The translations under genes and the position numbers were made by a program. 20,000 nt of DNA, from contig NC_057720.1 in assembly GCF_004010195.1 (NCBI RefSeq), positions 16,766,485 to 16,786,484 on the forward strand. Direction: 5' to 3'. Each line of letters begins with the position of its first letter. Positions within the stretch are counted from its first letter, which is position 1. The stretch comes from Chiloscyllium plagiosum. Taxonomy: Eukaryota. The notes beneath the pieces were generated by a model. It made no database searches and was not told the origin of the DNA. It worked only from the letters and a program-made list of their open reading frames with translations. Shown one piece after another: positions 1 to 11,699 of this stretch.

Positions 1-123
1 TAATTTTAATACAAACTGAACATCCTACTGCTATTGCTTATGACTATGATCCTTATTCTTATGGAATAGATATGAACAAAGAATGTAATGATTTCAAAAA
101 TAACAATTATATGTTTTTCTGAG

Positions 124-171
124 GTTTTTCTACTGGACAAGGTAGAGCTGGATTTGAAGCCAAGTTACAAG
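124..171 (+). CDS. HFM1: HFM1 (Mer3-like DNA helicase) internal coding exon, 48 nt, phase 1-1
   Basis: Flanked by tttttctgAG and GTacag. Translates (G)GT TTT TCT ACT... = GFSTGQGRAGFEAKLQ(E), resembling the vertebrate HFM1 segment GFASGLNKDGIEAKLQE as I recall it. Joins in frame to exon 19151 (CAA G|AA TTA). Confidence 0.85.
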
Positions 172-535
172 GTACAGATTACATTTAATCCTTTCTTTCC
201 TATTGAAAAGTATAATAAAAAGCTGTTTATCAATTTTAGGTGTGTGAAACAAACATCACTTCCAACTTAAGAATACACACCTGATGATATTGGATCAGCT
301 GCCAGTTACATCTGTCCAATTTTGCTTTGCATTTCAGTCAGAGTTCTATCCATAGACCTGTAGTTCCTTAACCAATCAAGAAATGTATCCTGGTGTTTTC
401 GGCAATTCTATTATTTAATGCAATAGGGTGTGCTCACTTAATTATTTGATAGAAATGAAAGTTAGCCCATTTTTATGCAAGTGAGGTTTTTTCTAAAATG
501 ATTGAAAGTGATTTTGATATGGTTTGTTGATAACA

Positions 536-762
536 GGCTTGGCTCAATAGAAGCAATCATCACTAAGTCAGGTTATGGATTCAAGTCCCATTCCAGAAAT
601 TTGAATCTCTAACCTGGTTGACACTTCAGTGCAGTAGTGAGGAAACTGTGCTTCCTCCCCTCTAATAATGACTATAATTTGAAGTTATTTCAATGGCTGT
701 GAAATGCTTTGGGACATCCTGAGGTCATGAAGGCAAGTATATAAATGCAAGTCCTTTCTTAT
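536..762 (+). mobile_element. Decayed tRNA-head SINE remnant (DeuSINE/SacSINE1-like), internally deleted
   Basis: A-box-like TGGCTCAATAG, B-box-like GGATTCAAGTCCC, then ctggttgacacttcagtgcagtagtgagg and a tail ggctgtgaaatgctttgggacatcctgaggtcatgaagg...tatataaatgcaagtc. Family assigned from memory. Confidence 0.5.
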
Positions 763-1281
763 ATATCACAATAGCTGACTGTGTCATTTCCTGGCACCGA
801 GCAGGAGGCTTAAGTACACACCAACATTTGTTTTTTCCATCAAGAAAAAACATTGGTTTGGTTTTCAGCAAGCATTGTGTGCACCAGAAATATATATTGG
901 AAAACTCCAAAGTCCTCTGAGAATTCCTGAACCAAACACAATCTTTTATTTAATACTCGACCTATTGTAAACTGCAACATTAAATCTGCCTTAGTCCTGA
1001 TTAATCAAGACATAGTGTCCCTGAAGTCGCTCTTTATATTCTGATATGATCCTGGACCAGATTGCCAAGTTTATGTTATGGTCAGCTTGGCAACCTATAA
1101 CTTATTTTTAGATGTTGACAAAAGGTGAGATGCAGCAGATTTAATGGAAGGGTAAACCCACAAGATTCCACATTTTTGGACAAATAGCAATATTTTATTG
1201 TATAAGTTGGAACGGTGATATAATCCGCAATACAAGTACAACTTATTCTTAATATCCAGAGTTAATATGTGGCAAGCATGG

Positions 1282-1517
1282 TGTAGTGATTATAATGAGG
1301 TCATCCAGCTGGACCTCACAGAATATGAGTTCCCTGATTGGGGCTGTTAGTCTGGTACAATCAAGGAGCCCTGGCTGACAGATGAAAAGGGCAATGTCAG
1401 AGATACCAACATTCTGAGAGCTGACTCTGGATGAAGCAGTGCTACGGTCAAGGACTGATCATGTATAAATAAATGGTTACTTGGTGGCAGGATACTGGCT
1501 TCTGTGGAGTTATATTA
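1282..1517 (+). repeat. 5' LTR of outer Gypsy element
   Basis: Begins TG and aligns without gaps to 15585-15741 (about 32 mismatches in ~157 nt by hand count). AATAAA at 1468-1473. Followed by PBS-like TGGCAATGAG. Confidence 0.85.
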
Positions 1518-1597
1518 GTGGCAATGAGTAAAGCACATTCCTGCAGAAACTCACTCACAGCAATCAACTTTGAGTTGCGGTGAGCATATCTTATATC

Positions 1598-2099
1598 ATG
1601 CCTTTGTTTGGAAAGCTTGACTCATTCAACCCTGCTGTCAAGGACTGTAACCAGTATGTGGAAAGAATGCATTGTCTTTTCTGGGCAAATGACGTTATGG
1701 CAGTCAAAAACCAATGAGTAATTTTTTGACAGCCTGTGGAGCTGCAATGTTTCCCTGAGGCACCAGATACTAAAACCTTTCAAGAATTGGTAGACATAGT
1801 ACAGAATATTGTGACCCCAAGCCTCCTCTAATTCTGAGAACCTATAGTTTTTCCTTGGCAGTTCAAGAACCAGGGGAATCCATATCGGGATTTTTGACGT
1901 ACTTAAGACAACTGGCAGAAGCCGGTGACTTCGGTTTAACCATTAATGAGATGCTTAAACGCTGTTTGATATGTGGGATTAATGATGTAACTGTGCAAAA
2001 ACGCCAATTAGCTGAAGCTCAACTGGATTTCAAACAGGTGTCACGACTGGCTTTATCAATGGAAGATCGGCAAGTGGAGCATATGAGTTGCAGGGGATT
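1598..2099 (+). pseudogene. Gypsy gag remnant (frameshifted), interrupted by L1
   Basis: ATG at 1598 gives MPLFGKLDSFNPAVKDCNQYVERM.... ORF 1855 gives QEPGESISGFLTYLRQLAEAGDFGLTINEMLKRCLICGIND, a typical Gypsy gag motif. A short piece continues after the L1 TSD at 8158-8177. Confidence 0.8.
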
Positions 2100-3638
2100 T
2101 CTTTTTAATAGATATTTTATTGAAAATTTAACATGTTTTTACAAACTTACAAAATAATACACACAAATACAAACATTAATATATAATTAAATATTAAATA
2201 TATAATAAGCAAAACAGACAAAAAGAAGAGATTAAAAAAAGGAGAAAACAAAACTCAACTAACTACTGATCTAACCTATAATCAACCAGAGCGTATAATA
2301 AAATATCTTACATTACTCAAAAGAGAAAAAAGGATAACATAGTAATTAAATAGGAAAGTACATGCTCGGAACAAATTAACATCAAGTCATAATAAAACCC
2401 ATATTTACACGGGATTCCTCCCCCAAGGGCCCCCGGACCAGCCAGAACCGTTACCGCAACTAGATGAAAGCCCTTGACAAAATGGCTGAAATATCTGTAT
2501 CTGTATAATTCAGAAAGGACTGCCATATTTTATAGAATAATTCAGTTTTTTAGTGCACCATATTTGTAAGGAAGTCAAGAGGAATACATTCCATAACCAA
2601 CCTACACCAATTTGAAAGTCCTGGAGGGCCCTCAGCTATCCAGTTTACTAAGATATTTTTCCTTGCACAAAAGGAGAGAATGGAAAATAATTTCCTCCCA
2701 TGCACATCCAGGGATGGCATGCTCGAAAAACCCAGGAGAAGAGATACTGGATCTACTCTTAATTTCTGCTCCCAAGATTTCTGTCAAAGCATTTGCTACT
2801 CTGACCCAGTATTTGTGGATCTTATGGCATGTCCATAAGCAGTGTGTGAGAGTGCCCACCTCTATTTTACATTTGGGACACATTGGAGATGCTCCTGCCC
2901 TAAATTTTGCCAATCGTTCCGGTGCTATATGAGTCCTATGGAGTATCTTTAACTGAATGGCTTGGGTCTATTACAGATGGAGATTTTTCTGGCATTTTCC
3001 CAGATGTTGTCCCACATTTCTGTGGATATTTCCAACCCCAATTCCTGATCCCATGTTCTAAGCAAACGTTCCATGCATTCCGAAACTTCATTATGTAATA
3101 AATGATAGAGAGTGCTGACCGAGGGTAAACCCACTGGCCACAATACTCTTCGTTCCCTATCTGATTTATAAAGGCTATCTAATAACGTAGTAGTCTTCTT
3201 CTGTATGTAATCTCGGATTTGGAAGTATCGAAAGAGATCTCCATTAGGTAGTCCAAATTTCTGGTGCAGCTGTTCAAGATATCATGACCCCCTCATCAAA
3301 CAGATCCCCTAAACAGGAGATACCCCTGGACCTCCAGGATTTAAATGTGGCATCTGTGAGCCCCGGTTGAAAACCCCATGCCCCCACTATAGGAGTATAA
3401 GGGGAGGTTTTATGTGAATTACCCTTGTTTTGCCGCATTATCTTCCAGGCTTTAATTGTGTTTAATACTATAGGGTTTTTACAAGTCCATAATGACTTTC
3501 ATATTATCTAAAAATAAGAGATTAATAAAAGGACACTTTGCTTGAGAAGCCTCGATGTCCAGCCAGATTGATTGCAGGTCAGACGAGATCCAATTGGCTA
3601 TGTAGCTTAGTAGAGAACTCAGTTGATACTTCCTAAAG

Positions 3639-3844
3639 GAGAAAGTGAGGGCTGCAGATGCTGGAGATCAGAGCTGAAAATGTGTTGCTGGAAAAGCGCA
3701 GCAAGTCAGGCAGCATCCAAGGAACAGGAGAATCAACGTTTCGAGCATAAGCCTGAAGAAGGGCTTATGCCCGAAACATCGATTCTCCTGTTCCTTGGAT
3801 GCTGCCTGACCTGCTGTGCTTTTCCAGCAACACATTTTCAGCTC
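3639..3844. mobile_element. Palindromic Penelope-like terminal-repeat mini-element inserted in L1 ORF2
   Basis: 15-bp TSD TGATACTTCCTAAAG (3624-3638, 3845-3859). Arms ~3669-3753 and ~3762-3847 are near-perfect inverted repeats. Same family as 14260-14433 and 19818-20000. Confidence 0.85.
3753..3780 (+). ncRNA. Minimal hammerhead ribozyme-like motif (PLE type), degenerate
   Basis: CTGAAGA-A-GGGC-TTAT-GCCC-GAAAC-ATC fits CUGANGA / stem II / GAAA / NUH. Sister copies have GTC at the cleavage triplet. Confidence 0.6.
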
Positions 3845-6800
3845 TGATACTTCCTAAAGTCTGGAAAATCTAGCGCTCCCCTTGCTTGTGGAAGCTGTAG
3901 CTTCTTTAACTTAATGAGGGGCCGTCTATGATTCCAGATGAAAGAACCAAGCCAACCATATAATTTGTAAAGTGCTGGCCTCAGCAGCATCACTGGGAGC
4001 ATTCTCATAGGGTATAAGAGCCAGGGCAAGACATTCATTTTAATTAGAGCTATTCTACCTCGCCAAGAAATTGGAAGATCCCCCCATCGTTGAAGGTCCT
4101 GCCTTATCCTTTCCAGTAGATGCACAAAATTGACCTTGTACAGCTGACCGAATACTGGGGTGATAAAAATACCTAAATATAAAAAACCCTCTGGAGACCA
4201 CCGAAAGGGAAAATGAGATCCGTCCAATAAGTGGGACATACTAGCGAGGCCACCCATCGGCATGGCCTCCGATTTTGAGGAATTAATTTTGTAACCTGAG
4301 AATGCACTAAATAAATTAATAACTTGGATCAGGCGAGGCACGGACATCAAAGGATTACTAAGAAAAAGGAGAACATCATCTATATAAAGGGTAATTTTAT
4401 GTTTATCCATGCCAACCCTCGGGGCCGTTATATTAGAACTAGTGGCTCAATTATTAGCATGAATAGTAACGTTGAGAGAGGACATCCCTGACGGCAGCCC
4501 CTACCTACACTGAAGCTATCTGAGTCTAAACCATTGGTGATCACGGCTGCTTTGGGGTCATTATACAATGTTGAGACCCATTTAGCAAATACTTCTCCAA
4601 CGCCAAACCTTTCCAGTGTATAGAACAGGTATGACCATTCAACTCTGTCAAATGCCTTCTCTGCATCCAACGAGACTACTATTCCCGGTATTCTTTCCTG
4701 ATGACAGACTTGAATCACATTCAAAACCTTTCTAATATGATTACATGATCTACGGCCCTTGATAAACCCCGCCTGGTCCTCTTTTATGATATATGGCAAT
4801 ACCCTCTCCAGTCTCAATGCTCATGTTTTAGAAAGAATTTAAAAATCTACATTTAGCAAAGATATTGGTCTGTATGATGCGCAATCCTCTGGTCCTTTCC
4901 TTTTTTGAGAATGAGAGAAATATTCACTTCTCTCAACAAAGGCAGGAGGCAGCCCTGACTATATGAGTAGTTGTACATGTCCATAAGTGGACCAGCTAAT
5001 ACTCCTGTAAACTCTTTGTATAATTCAACCTGAAATCCATCTGGACCAGGTGTTTTACCACTCTGAAGCTGCCTGATTGTGTCAAGTACTTCCTGGGTTG
5101 TTAGGGGAGCATTCAGGACCGACACCTGCTCCAGGGTTAAGTCCGAAAAGGCCAGGCTTTTAAAAAAGGACTGCATCTTCCCAGCTCTATCTTCACAATC
5201 CTGCGATTTATACAAATCAAAGTAAAACTTTCTGAAGATTGTGTTGATCCTTTTATGATCATGAGTAAGAGTACCAGCACTTTCCCTGATCGACATGATA
5301 GCTTGAGGGGCCTTTTTTTTCATTGCGAGAAACGTTAGGTATCTACCAGGCTTATCGCCATATTCATATAATCTTTGCTTTGCAAATAATATTTCCCTCT
5401 TTGCCATTTGGGTAAGCGTGGTATTCATGGCTGTCCTAAGGGCCATAATCATTTGTAATTTAGCAACAGAGGGCCTATTAACGTACGCTGTCTCAGCTGC
5501 CTTTAAGCGAGCCTCGAGTAGATGTTGTTGTTCTCCCTTTTGTTTTTTCTGTGTCGCCGAGAATGAAATGATCAGACCCCACGCATAAGCGTTAATGGTC
5601 TCCCACATCATCGACGGGTTACTAGCCGTACCTGAATTAATTTCCAAAAAAGTTTTGAATTCTTGAGAGAAATATTTTACGAATTTACTATCCTTCATTA
5701 AGAAAGAGTCCATATGCCAATGTCAGGGGGCCGTCTCATTGTTCCTAGTCTTGACTTCCATATACACTGCAGCATGATCAGAAATTATTATATTACCTAT
5801 TTTGCGGATAATATGGAATTCGAAAAGGTCGAGAGGGCAAAAAACATATCAATTCTAGTGTGACACTTATGTGGATTAGAATAAAAAGGGAAAGCTCTGC
5901 CTTGCAGGTGGAGGGACCTCCGTACATCTACTAATCCGAGGTCTTTATTCAAATCCGCCAATTGCCTGGATCTGGGGGATGTACCTGCAGTATTCTTGCG
6001 TATCCTGTCTGTCTCCGGGCCCATAATGCAATTAAAATCTCCTCCTATAATTGTGTAACGAGCCCCGAGAGCCATCAGTTTGGAGAATGCTTCCATTATA
6101 AATTTGAAATGATGTGCCGGGGGACAATAAAGATTCAAGATTCCATATTCCTCTCCATTTATAAAGGCTTTAATCAGTATATACTGTTCAGATTCATCTT
6201 TTATCTGACTTAAGATTTTGAAAGGGAGATTCTTCCGAATGAGAATAACTAATCCCCTACTTTTTGAACTGAAGGATGAAAAGGAGGCCTGATCAAATCA
6301 CCCTGTTACAATTTCAAGTGTTCTTTATCCTGTAAATGTGTCTCCTGTAAGAGAGCTATATCAACCCTTTCTTTTTTGAGGTTTGATCGTATTTTCTTCC
6401 TTTTGTTTGGCGAATTACTCCCCTTGACATTCCAGGTGCATCATTTAATCGAATGACTAACCATAATCGTCCAGGCATGTCCAAGACCCCCTGGGAGGAA
6501 GAACCCCATCCAAAACACCCCAGGCATAGACCATAGAAAATTCATAAAAATAGAGATTCTTTAATACACTCACGCAATATAGTAAAAAACTATCTAAATT
6601 AAAAAAAAACATATTTAAAAGGAGATTTTCCCCCTTCCTTCCAGGGGTCATCACTTCCTATCTGAAAACCCATCGTATCCTCTCCCAAACAGTGCCCCAC
6701 CCTCGACCCAGGCACCCCATAATAAAATAGAAAAATTCAAGTGTACTATAAAGCTAAAGTTAACCGTGAGTACCCTAGCCCCCCACCCATACCAACAACT

Positions 6801-7136
6801 AGATACATTTAGTAACGATACTACCATGTATAAATTATAAAGTTACAGCCTGAACAGATAATAAGTAAGTGTAATAACACAAAAATAAAAAATAGGAAAA
6901 AACCCTATTCTAAAAGAAAGAAATAAGGTAGGACAAAGCAAACACCCCCCCTCACCTGAATCAACGAAACCGCCTGGCCTATATAAAAAAAGGAAATTGC
7001 ATAGTGGAGAACAAATAAGCCCCCCTCCCTACCCTCCAGAGATGATATTAAACAGTAAAGGAAATAAGGGAAAAAAAAGAAGGGTAAACCGGGGGAGGGG
7101 GGACAGAACAGCATCATTAACCACTCGGATTAATTC

Positions 7137-7987
7137 TTACAATCTATTTAAGAGAGTCCAAAATTCCTTGGCCTTCTCAGGCGATCCGAAGTTATAGACA
7201 GATCCTTCATGGTTAAAATGCAGTGTCACTGGGTAATGCAAGAATTACTGAATGTTTAAGTCCCTTAGACGCTTCTTCATTTCATCAAATGCCCTCCTCT
7301 TGCAGACCAAAGCTGGGGAAAAATCCTGAAACAGCATAATCCCAGATCCCTTATATGTCATGGCCTGGGGATCTTTCCTGAGGGTTCTGGAGGCTTCCAG
7401 GACCATTTGCTTCTCTCTGTAACACTGAAGCCGGAACAGGACCGGGCGGGAACGCTGGTCCGACCCGGGCCTGCGTATTGCAACCCGGTGGGCCCATTCT
7501 ACCTGCACCTGGCCTGATCCAGCCTCCAGCTTCAACATCTGAGGGAGCCACTGCTCCAAAAGCTCTGCAAGCTGGCCTTCCTCTTCCCGTTCGGGAAGGC
7601 CTAGCAAACGAGTATTTTTTCGACAACCCCGATTCTCGAGGTCATCGATGTGATCTTCTAAGGCGAGAGTCTGGACCCGACCCATGGTCGATTCTGCAGC
7701 AGCCTCAGAGGTCGCAGGCCTTTAGCTACACCCCTCCAACTCGATGTTCGATTTTTTTCAATATCTCGGTAGTGCTTTTGCAGCACGACCGAGAGCGATT
7801 CCCACCTGCTACTGGACTCCTCTGTGAAGACGTCGAACTTCTCTTCCAGCTTGGTAATTACAGCAACAAGGCTCGCCACCGTAGGTAAGTCCCCCGGGGC
7901 GGCTGCGGACACCTCTGCTGCAGCTGGGGAGGATGGGGGAGGGGTTCCTGCCTGCTGCAAGCTGCGGGCATTCTTTCCCTTAGTCAT
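7137..7987 (-). pseudogene. L1 ORF1 (Transposase_22-like RNA-binding protein), frameshifted with an internal stop
   Basis: MTKGKNAR... start, then LEDHIDDLENRGCRKNTRLLGLPE, EWAHRV, RPVLFRL, MLFQDFS. After a premature TAA it continues LHYPVTLHFNHEG...LNRL* ending at 7137. Confidence 0.9.
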
Positions 7988-8757
7988 TTTAACAAAGCAC
8001 CAAACTACTCAAGTTTGATGCAAAATGACTAACTGTATTGAGTAACTGTACTTGAATGGTTTGGCAGGTGTGGTGGAGGCGGGCAGCCCACTTTGCCTGA
8101 GTCTTGGACAGAGCACTACAACTCAGACTTGCTGGGTTGCCGCCACCTTGGATCTCCTGCAGGGGATTCTGATGAAACTGAACTACAAGAGCAACCACCC
8201 CAGCACCCACAAGTGAAGCTGCATTAAAACATTATTGAGATGGGCAAGAACACACCGCAGCAACCCAGAATTCCAGAATGCAGAACAGAAACACCTATTC
8301 AAGGGATTTAAATGAAATGGGTACCCCAAGAGGACTATCATCCGATACTTAGGTAACAAACCTAAAGGAGAAAACACCACACAACCAGACACGATAGTCA
8401 CCATGCTGTACATCAAAGACATATTAGAAATGATTACCCAACTACTCAGACCCCTCGGAATCTTAGTGACCCCACAAACCAGTGAACACCTTTCACCAGC
8501 ATCTCACAAAGGTTAAAGACCCAACACCCACATCCAACAGGACAAACGTTATCTACAAGATACCCTTACTGTGCGAGTGCATGAACACCAGCTTGCCACT
8601 GCCAGATGTAACCGGTACTCCCTCATTTCTAACCACATAGATAACAAAGAATACAAATTCAAATGGGACAATGTAACCATTCCATCACAGACAAAATAGG
8701 GACACTTAAGAAAATTCCTTGAAGCCCGGTACTCCAACTGTAACTGAATCAAAAAAC

Positions 8758-9397
8758 AGTGTTGATGATGCTCCTTTAACAAGGTTAAGTTGTCCTTTTT
8801 TTAAGAGGGATCATAAACACAGAGACTCCAGGAGGTCTAAGTTTGAAGGGTTTTAGGGCCAGTTTGATTATAGCTGACACATACTGCCTCAAGAAAAAGA
8901 CTTTCAAGTTTTAGAAAAATAACCAATTGTACAATGAAAAGGAAGTGGCCAGTTTTCCTAGCTCAGCTTTACTCTGGTTTGGTTTGGTTTTAGCAAACAG
9001 TCAGTTGTGAAGCTGCTGGACCCAAAGAAGCAAATCCATGCTGATTTTCCCTCTTTTTGACATCTCTTCTGTAAAACTCTATGTTTGATTGTTTGATTTT
9101 ACCTTTTTTTCCAAGGGGTGTTTATGGGGATTGTTGCACGTGTTTGGAACAGCATCATTAAGTTGGGATAATCTGTTGGGTTTTTGGATAAGTTAAGTTA
9201 TTCTATATTTGGTCCTCTCTTGTTTGTGTTTCATTCAGTAATCTTGCAAATAAATTTTGTTTTGTTTAAAACTAAGCGGTTGGGCCAGCTGCACCACTCC
9301 TGGAATATTTACTTTATACCTGATTAAAACAACTAGCAAAGTTAGCATCCTAGCTACTTTCTTAAAACATTTGAGGGGTCTGGCCTGGTCCATAACA
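8758..9397 (+). repeat. 5' LTR of Gmr1-like element
   Basis: Colinear with 13140-13834. First base is A where the 3' LTR has T. AATAAA at 9249-9254. Ends ...CCATAACA. Confidence 0.92.
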
Positions 9398-9400
9398 GAT

Positions 9401-9418
9401 TGGGGGCTTGTCCAGGAT
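9401..9418 (+). other. Primer binding site complementary to the tRNA-Pro 3' end
   Basis: TGGGGGCTTGTCCAGGAT versus canonical PBS-Pro TGGGGGCTCGTCCGGGAT. Both mismatches are CpG transitions. Lies 3 nt after the LTR. Confidence 0.9.
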
Positions 9419-9539
9419 TTGTTCTATAGTTCCAAATTGGGATTAGGGTTGTTGGACTCAAAGGCTGTGAGTGGCAGGTGTTAGTGTCTTTTGTTCTGGG
9501 TGTTAATTTTGGTAGGTTTAAACAATGCTTGGGATAGCA

Positions 9540-10065
9540 ATGGCTCTTTCAGTCACCAAGAGTTTTCGGGGGAGGGAAGTAGTAACTTTGGGAGTTTTAC
9601 CAACGGTGAATAAGGCAAAGCTGCTGGAATTAGCAGACAAGCTGGGGTTTGTGGCTGCCTCCTTCCATAAGAGAAGGAGAGATAATTACAGCAATAGCTC
9701 AACATTTAAATTTGTGAGAAATGCCATCAGAATCTTTAGAGATGGCTAAAGTTCAATTGAAAATGAAACAACTTGAGGCAAAAGTTAAGGAAAGGGCAAC
9801 AGAAATGAAATGGTTTGAATTATGATTAAGAGCAGAGGAAAGGGGAAAAGAACAAATTGATGTAGCAAACAAAAAGAAAAAGAGAGACAAAAGAGACAGT
9901 TGAGAGAAAAGGAAGAAAGAGAGGGAGTTTGAACTTCAGAAATTAGCACTTAAACAGGAAAGTCGGCTTAAAAGGATGGAAATGAAGGCTGAAGATAAAC
10001 TTAGTGAGGATGATCAAACCCATGGTAGCCAAAGGCCTGGTCAGAAACTGTTTAAATATATTCAG
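9540..10065 (+). pseudogene. N-terminal gag remnant of Gmr1-like element
   Basis: ATG 9540 gives MALSVTKSF...VNKAKLLELADKLG, then an E/K/R-rich coiled-coil-like stretch. Frameshifted. Ends abruptly at KLFKYIQ. Confidence 0.7.
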
Positions 10066-10576
10066 GATGTGGAGATGCCAGTGTTGGACTGTTGGACAAA
10101 GTTAAAAATCACAGAACACCAGGTCCAACAGGTTTATATGGATGCACTATCTTTTGGAGCGATGCTCTTTCATCTGGTAGCTGTCAAGCAGGATCATAAG
10201 ACATAGAATTTACAGCAAAATGATACAGCTGAAATGATATATTGAACCAACTGAGATTGCTGTTAAGTATTTCATCTTTTAGAACGGACTGCAGATTTCG
10301 GTTCATTAATATGTAAATCCCGGGACTTCTTTTACATCACATTCTGGAAGTAACTTAAGGTTTTCTTTTTAAAAAGGTGACAGTGTATTAAAGGTGTGAG
10401 GTTAGAGTCTGTCTACATCCCAATCTTGAGTCAGACTGGTTCTATTTCCAAAGTAGAAATGTTTAAAATGTTATATGGATTGACCGCCTGCATTGACTGC
10501 CTGCAGGTTGTGAGCTTTTTAGCAAAATAGAATGTATTCTCAAATGCAAATTCACCCCATAGACTTACACGTGTGT
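10066..10576 (-). mobile_element. Terminal fragment of a second Penelope-like family, inserted in the Gmr1-like element
   Basis: Foreign segment between gag and integrase beginning gatgtggagatgccagtgttggactg...aaagttaaaaatcac, which I recall as a common shark PLE end. Minus strand near 10147-10177 reads ccagatgaaagagcatcgctccaaaagatag, a decayed CUGAUGA-stem-GAAA motif. Ends in a short (gt)n. Confidence 0.65.
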
Positions 10577-11480
10577 GTGCAAGTGTCACAAGGATGTAGT
10601 TGAATTTTGCCAGACCTATGGAAAACCACAGACTGCAATAAAACTCGCACCTTTAATACCTATTCCCGCAGTTGAGGAACCTTTTACAAGAGTCTTAATT
10701 GATTGCATAGGACCCCTACCCAAAACAAAAAGTGGGAATCAGTATTTTTTAACAATAATGGATGTGTCCTCTAGATTTCCAGAGGCCGTTCCATTACGCA
10801 GCATAACAGCTACTAGGATTGTAAAAGAATTACTCAAATTTTTCACTCGATACAGACTACCCACAGAGATACAATCAGATGAAGGGTCACATTTAAATTG
10901 AAATTATTCAAGGAAGTTATGGACATCTAAAGAAAAACACAATTCAAATCTACTGCGTACTATCCAGAGTCAGAGGGAATGCTCAAAAAGTGGCACCAGA
11001 CATTAAAGACCAGGTTGAGGATTTATGGTTAAGACTATCCAGATGATTGGGTTAAGGGAATTCTGTTTGTACTTTTTGCGATCAGAGATGCACCAAATGA
11101 ATCAACCAAATTCAGTCCATTTGAATTAGTTTTTGAGCAAGAAGTGAGAGGACTGCTAATTGCATATTTGGACTATGTGTCAAATTTTAGGGAACAATTA
11201 AATAGAGCAGGGGAGTTGGCTAGACGGCATTTAAAAGTATCACGGCATACAATGAAACAGGAAACCGACAAGAAATCAAAAACTTACAATTTTGCTATCA
11301 AATGTTAGTTTTGCTATAAAATGTTAGTGTTACTTCCAATGATTGGTGAACCTTTGAAAGCAAGGTTTAGTGGACCTTATCAAGTCGAAAGGAAATTGAG
11401 GTGAACTATTTGATAAAGACTGCAGACAGAAAGAAATCTCGCAGAGTGTGTCCTGTGAATATACTCAAAAGATATTTTGA
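10577..11480 (+). pseudogene. Gypsy-type DDE integrase remnant
   Basis: HKDVVEFCQT, PLIPIP...EPFTRVLIDCIGPLPKTKSGNQYFLTIMD...FPEAVPLRSITA...EIQSDEGS, AYYPESEG, FSPFELVF, and GPY/F module ARFSGPYQV (~11360-11385). Confidence 0.92.
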
Positions 11481-11699
11481 CAGGGAAGGACGGCCAAGTA
11501 GACTGTGTTATTGGTTGCAACACAGAGAGAAGAATCAAGTTTAGAGGATTTTGATTTGGACATTCCTCAAATTAAATTTGACAATGAGGAAGTTGTCAAA
11601 AATTGGGATAAGTTATTGAGCCACCTTTCAAAGGAAAATTTAAATGACCTGAAAGAGTTATTACTATCACATGGGGAGATATGTGGAAATAAGCTGGGA

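Larger units (their letters stand above)
2460..6464 (-). pseudogene. L1 ORF2 (APE endonuclease, reverse transcriptase, CCHC finger), broken by stops, frameshifts and an insertion
   Basis: APE motifs TWNVKG, LLQETHL, IIGGDFN, RIDMF. Z/RT motifs KTPGPDGF, DQAGFIKGR, SLDAEKAFDRVEW, GCRQGCPLS, LYIDDVLLF, GYKINSSKS, YLGI. C-terminal CPKC...HCLWTC. Confidence 0.95.
2100..8157 (-). mobile_element. Full-length L1-clade LINE (5'UTR, ORF1, long inter-ORF spacer, ORF2, 3'UTR), inactivated
   Basis: 11-bp TSD TGCAGGGGATT at 2089-2099 and 8158-8168. Minus-strand 5' end GGAGATCCAAGGTGGCGGC. Minus-strand AATAAA at 2116-2121 and a short A tail. ORF1 and APE-RT-CCHC ORF2 fragments are in the right order. Confidence 0.95.

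Noticed and set aside
88..270. 60-aa ORF overlapping the first exon
   Set aside because: Different frame from the spliced HFM1 exon, with no recognisable motif.
3639..3844. Palindromes as DNA-transposon MITEs or miRNA genes
   Set aside because: The 15-bp TSDs, asymmetric ends and non-palindromic parent at 19818-20000 point to a retroelement origin. There is no expression evidence for a miRNA.
4375..4386. YIDD in the L1 RT, and CIDD in the Gypsy RT, as novel active sites
   Set aside because: Both elements are full of stops and frameshifts, so neutral decay is the simpler explanation.
4853..5713. Longest ORF (286 aa) as a stand-alone or domesticated gene
   Set aside because: It is a colinear internal piece of the disrupted L1 ORF2.
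7351..8018. Overlapping ORFs on both strands (7478-7888 +, 7824-8018 +, 7351-7626 -) as a possible antisense L1 protein
   Set aside because: Expected shadow frames of GC-rich ORF1 sequence, with no independent motif support.
9760..9990. Purine-rich low-complexity stretch as a satellite or regulatory tract
   Set aside because: Explained by E/K/R-rich codons of the Gmr1-like gag.
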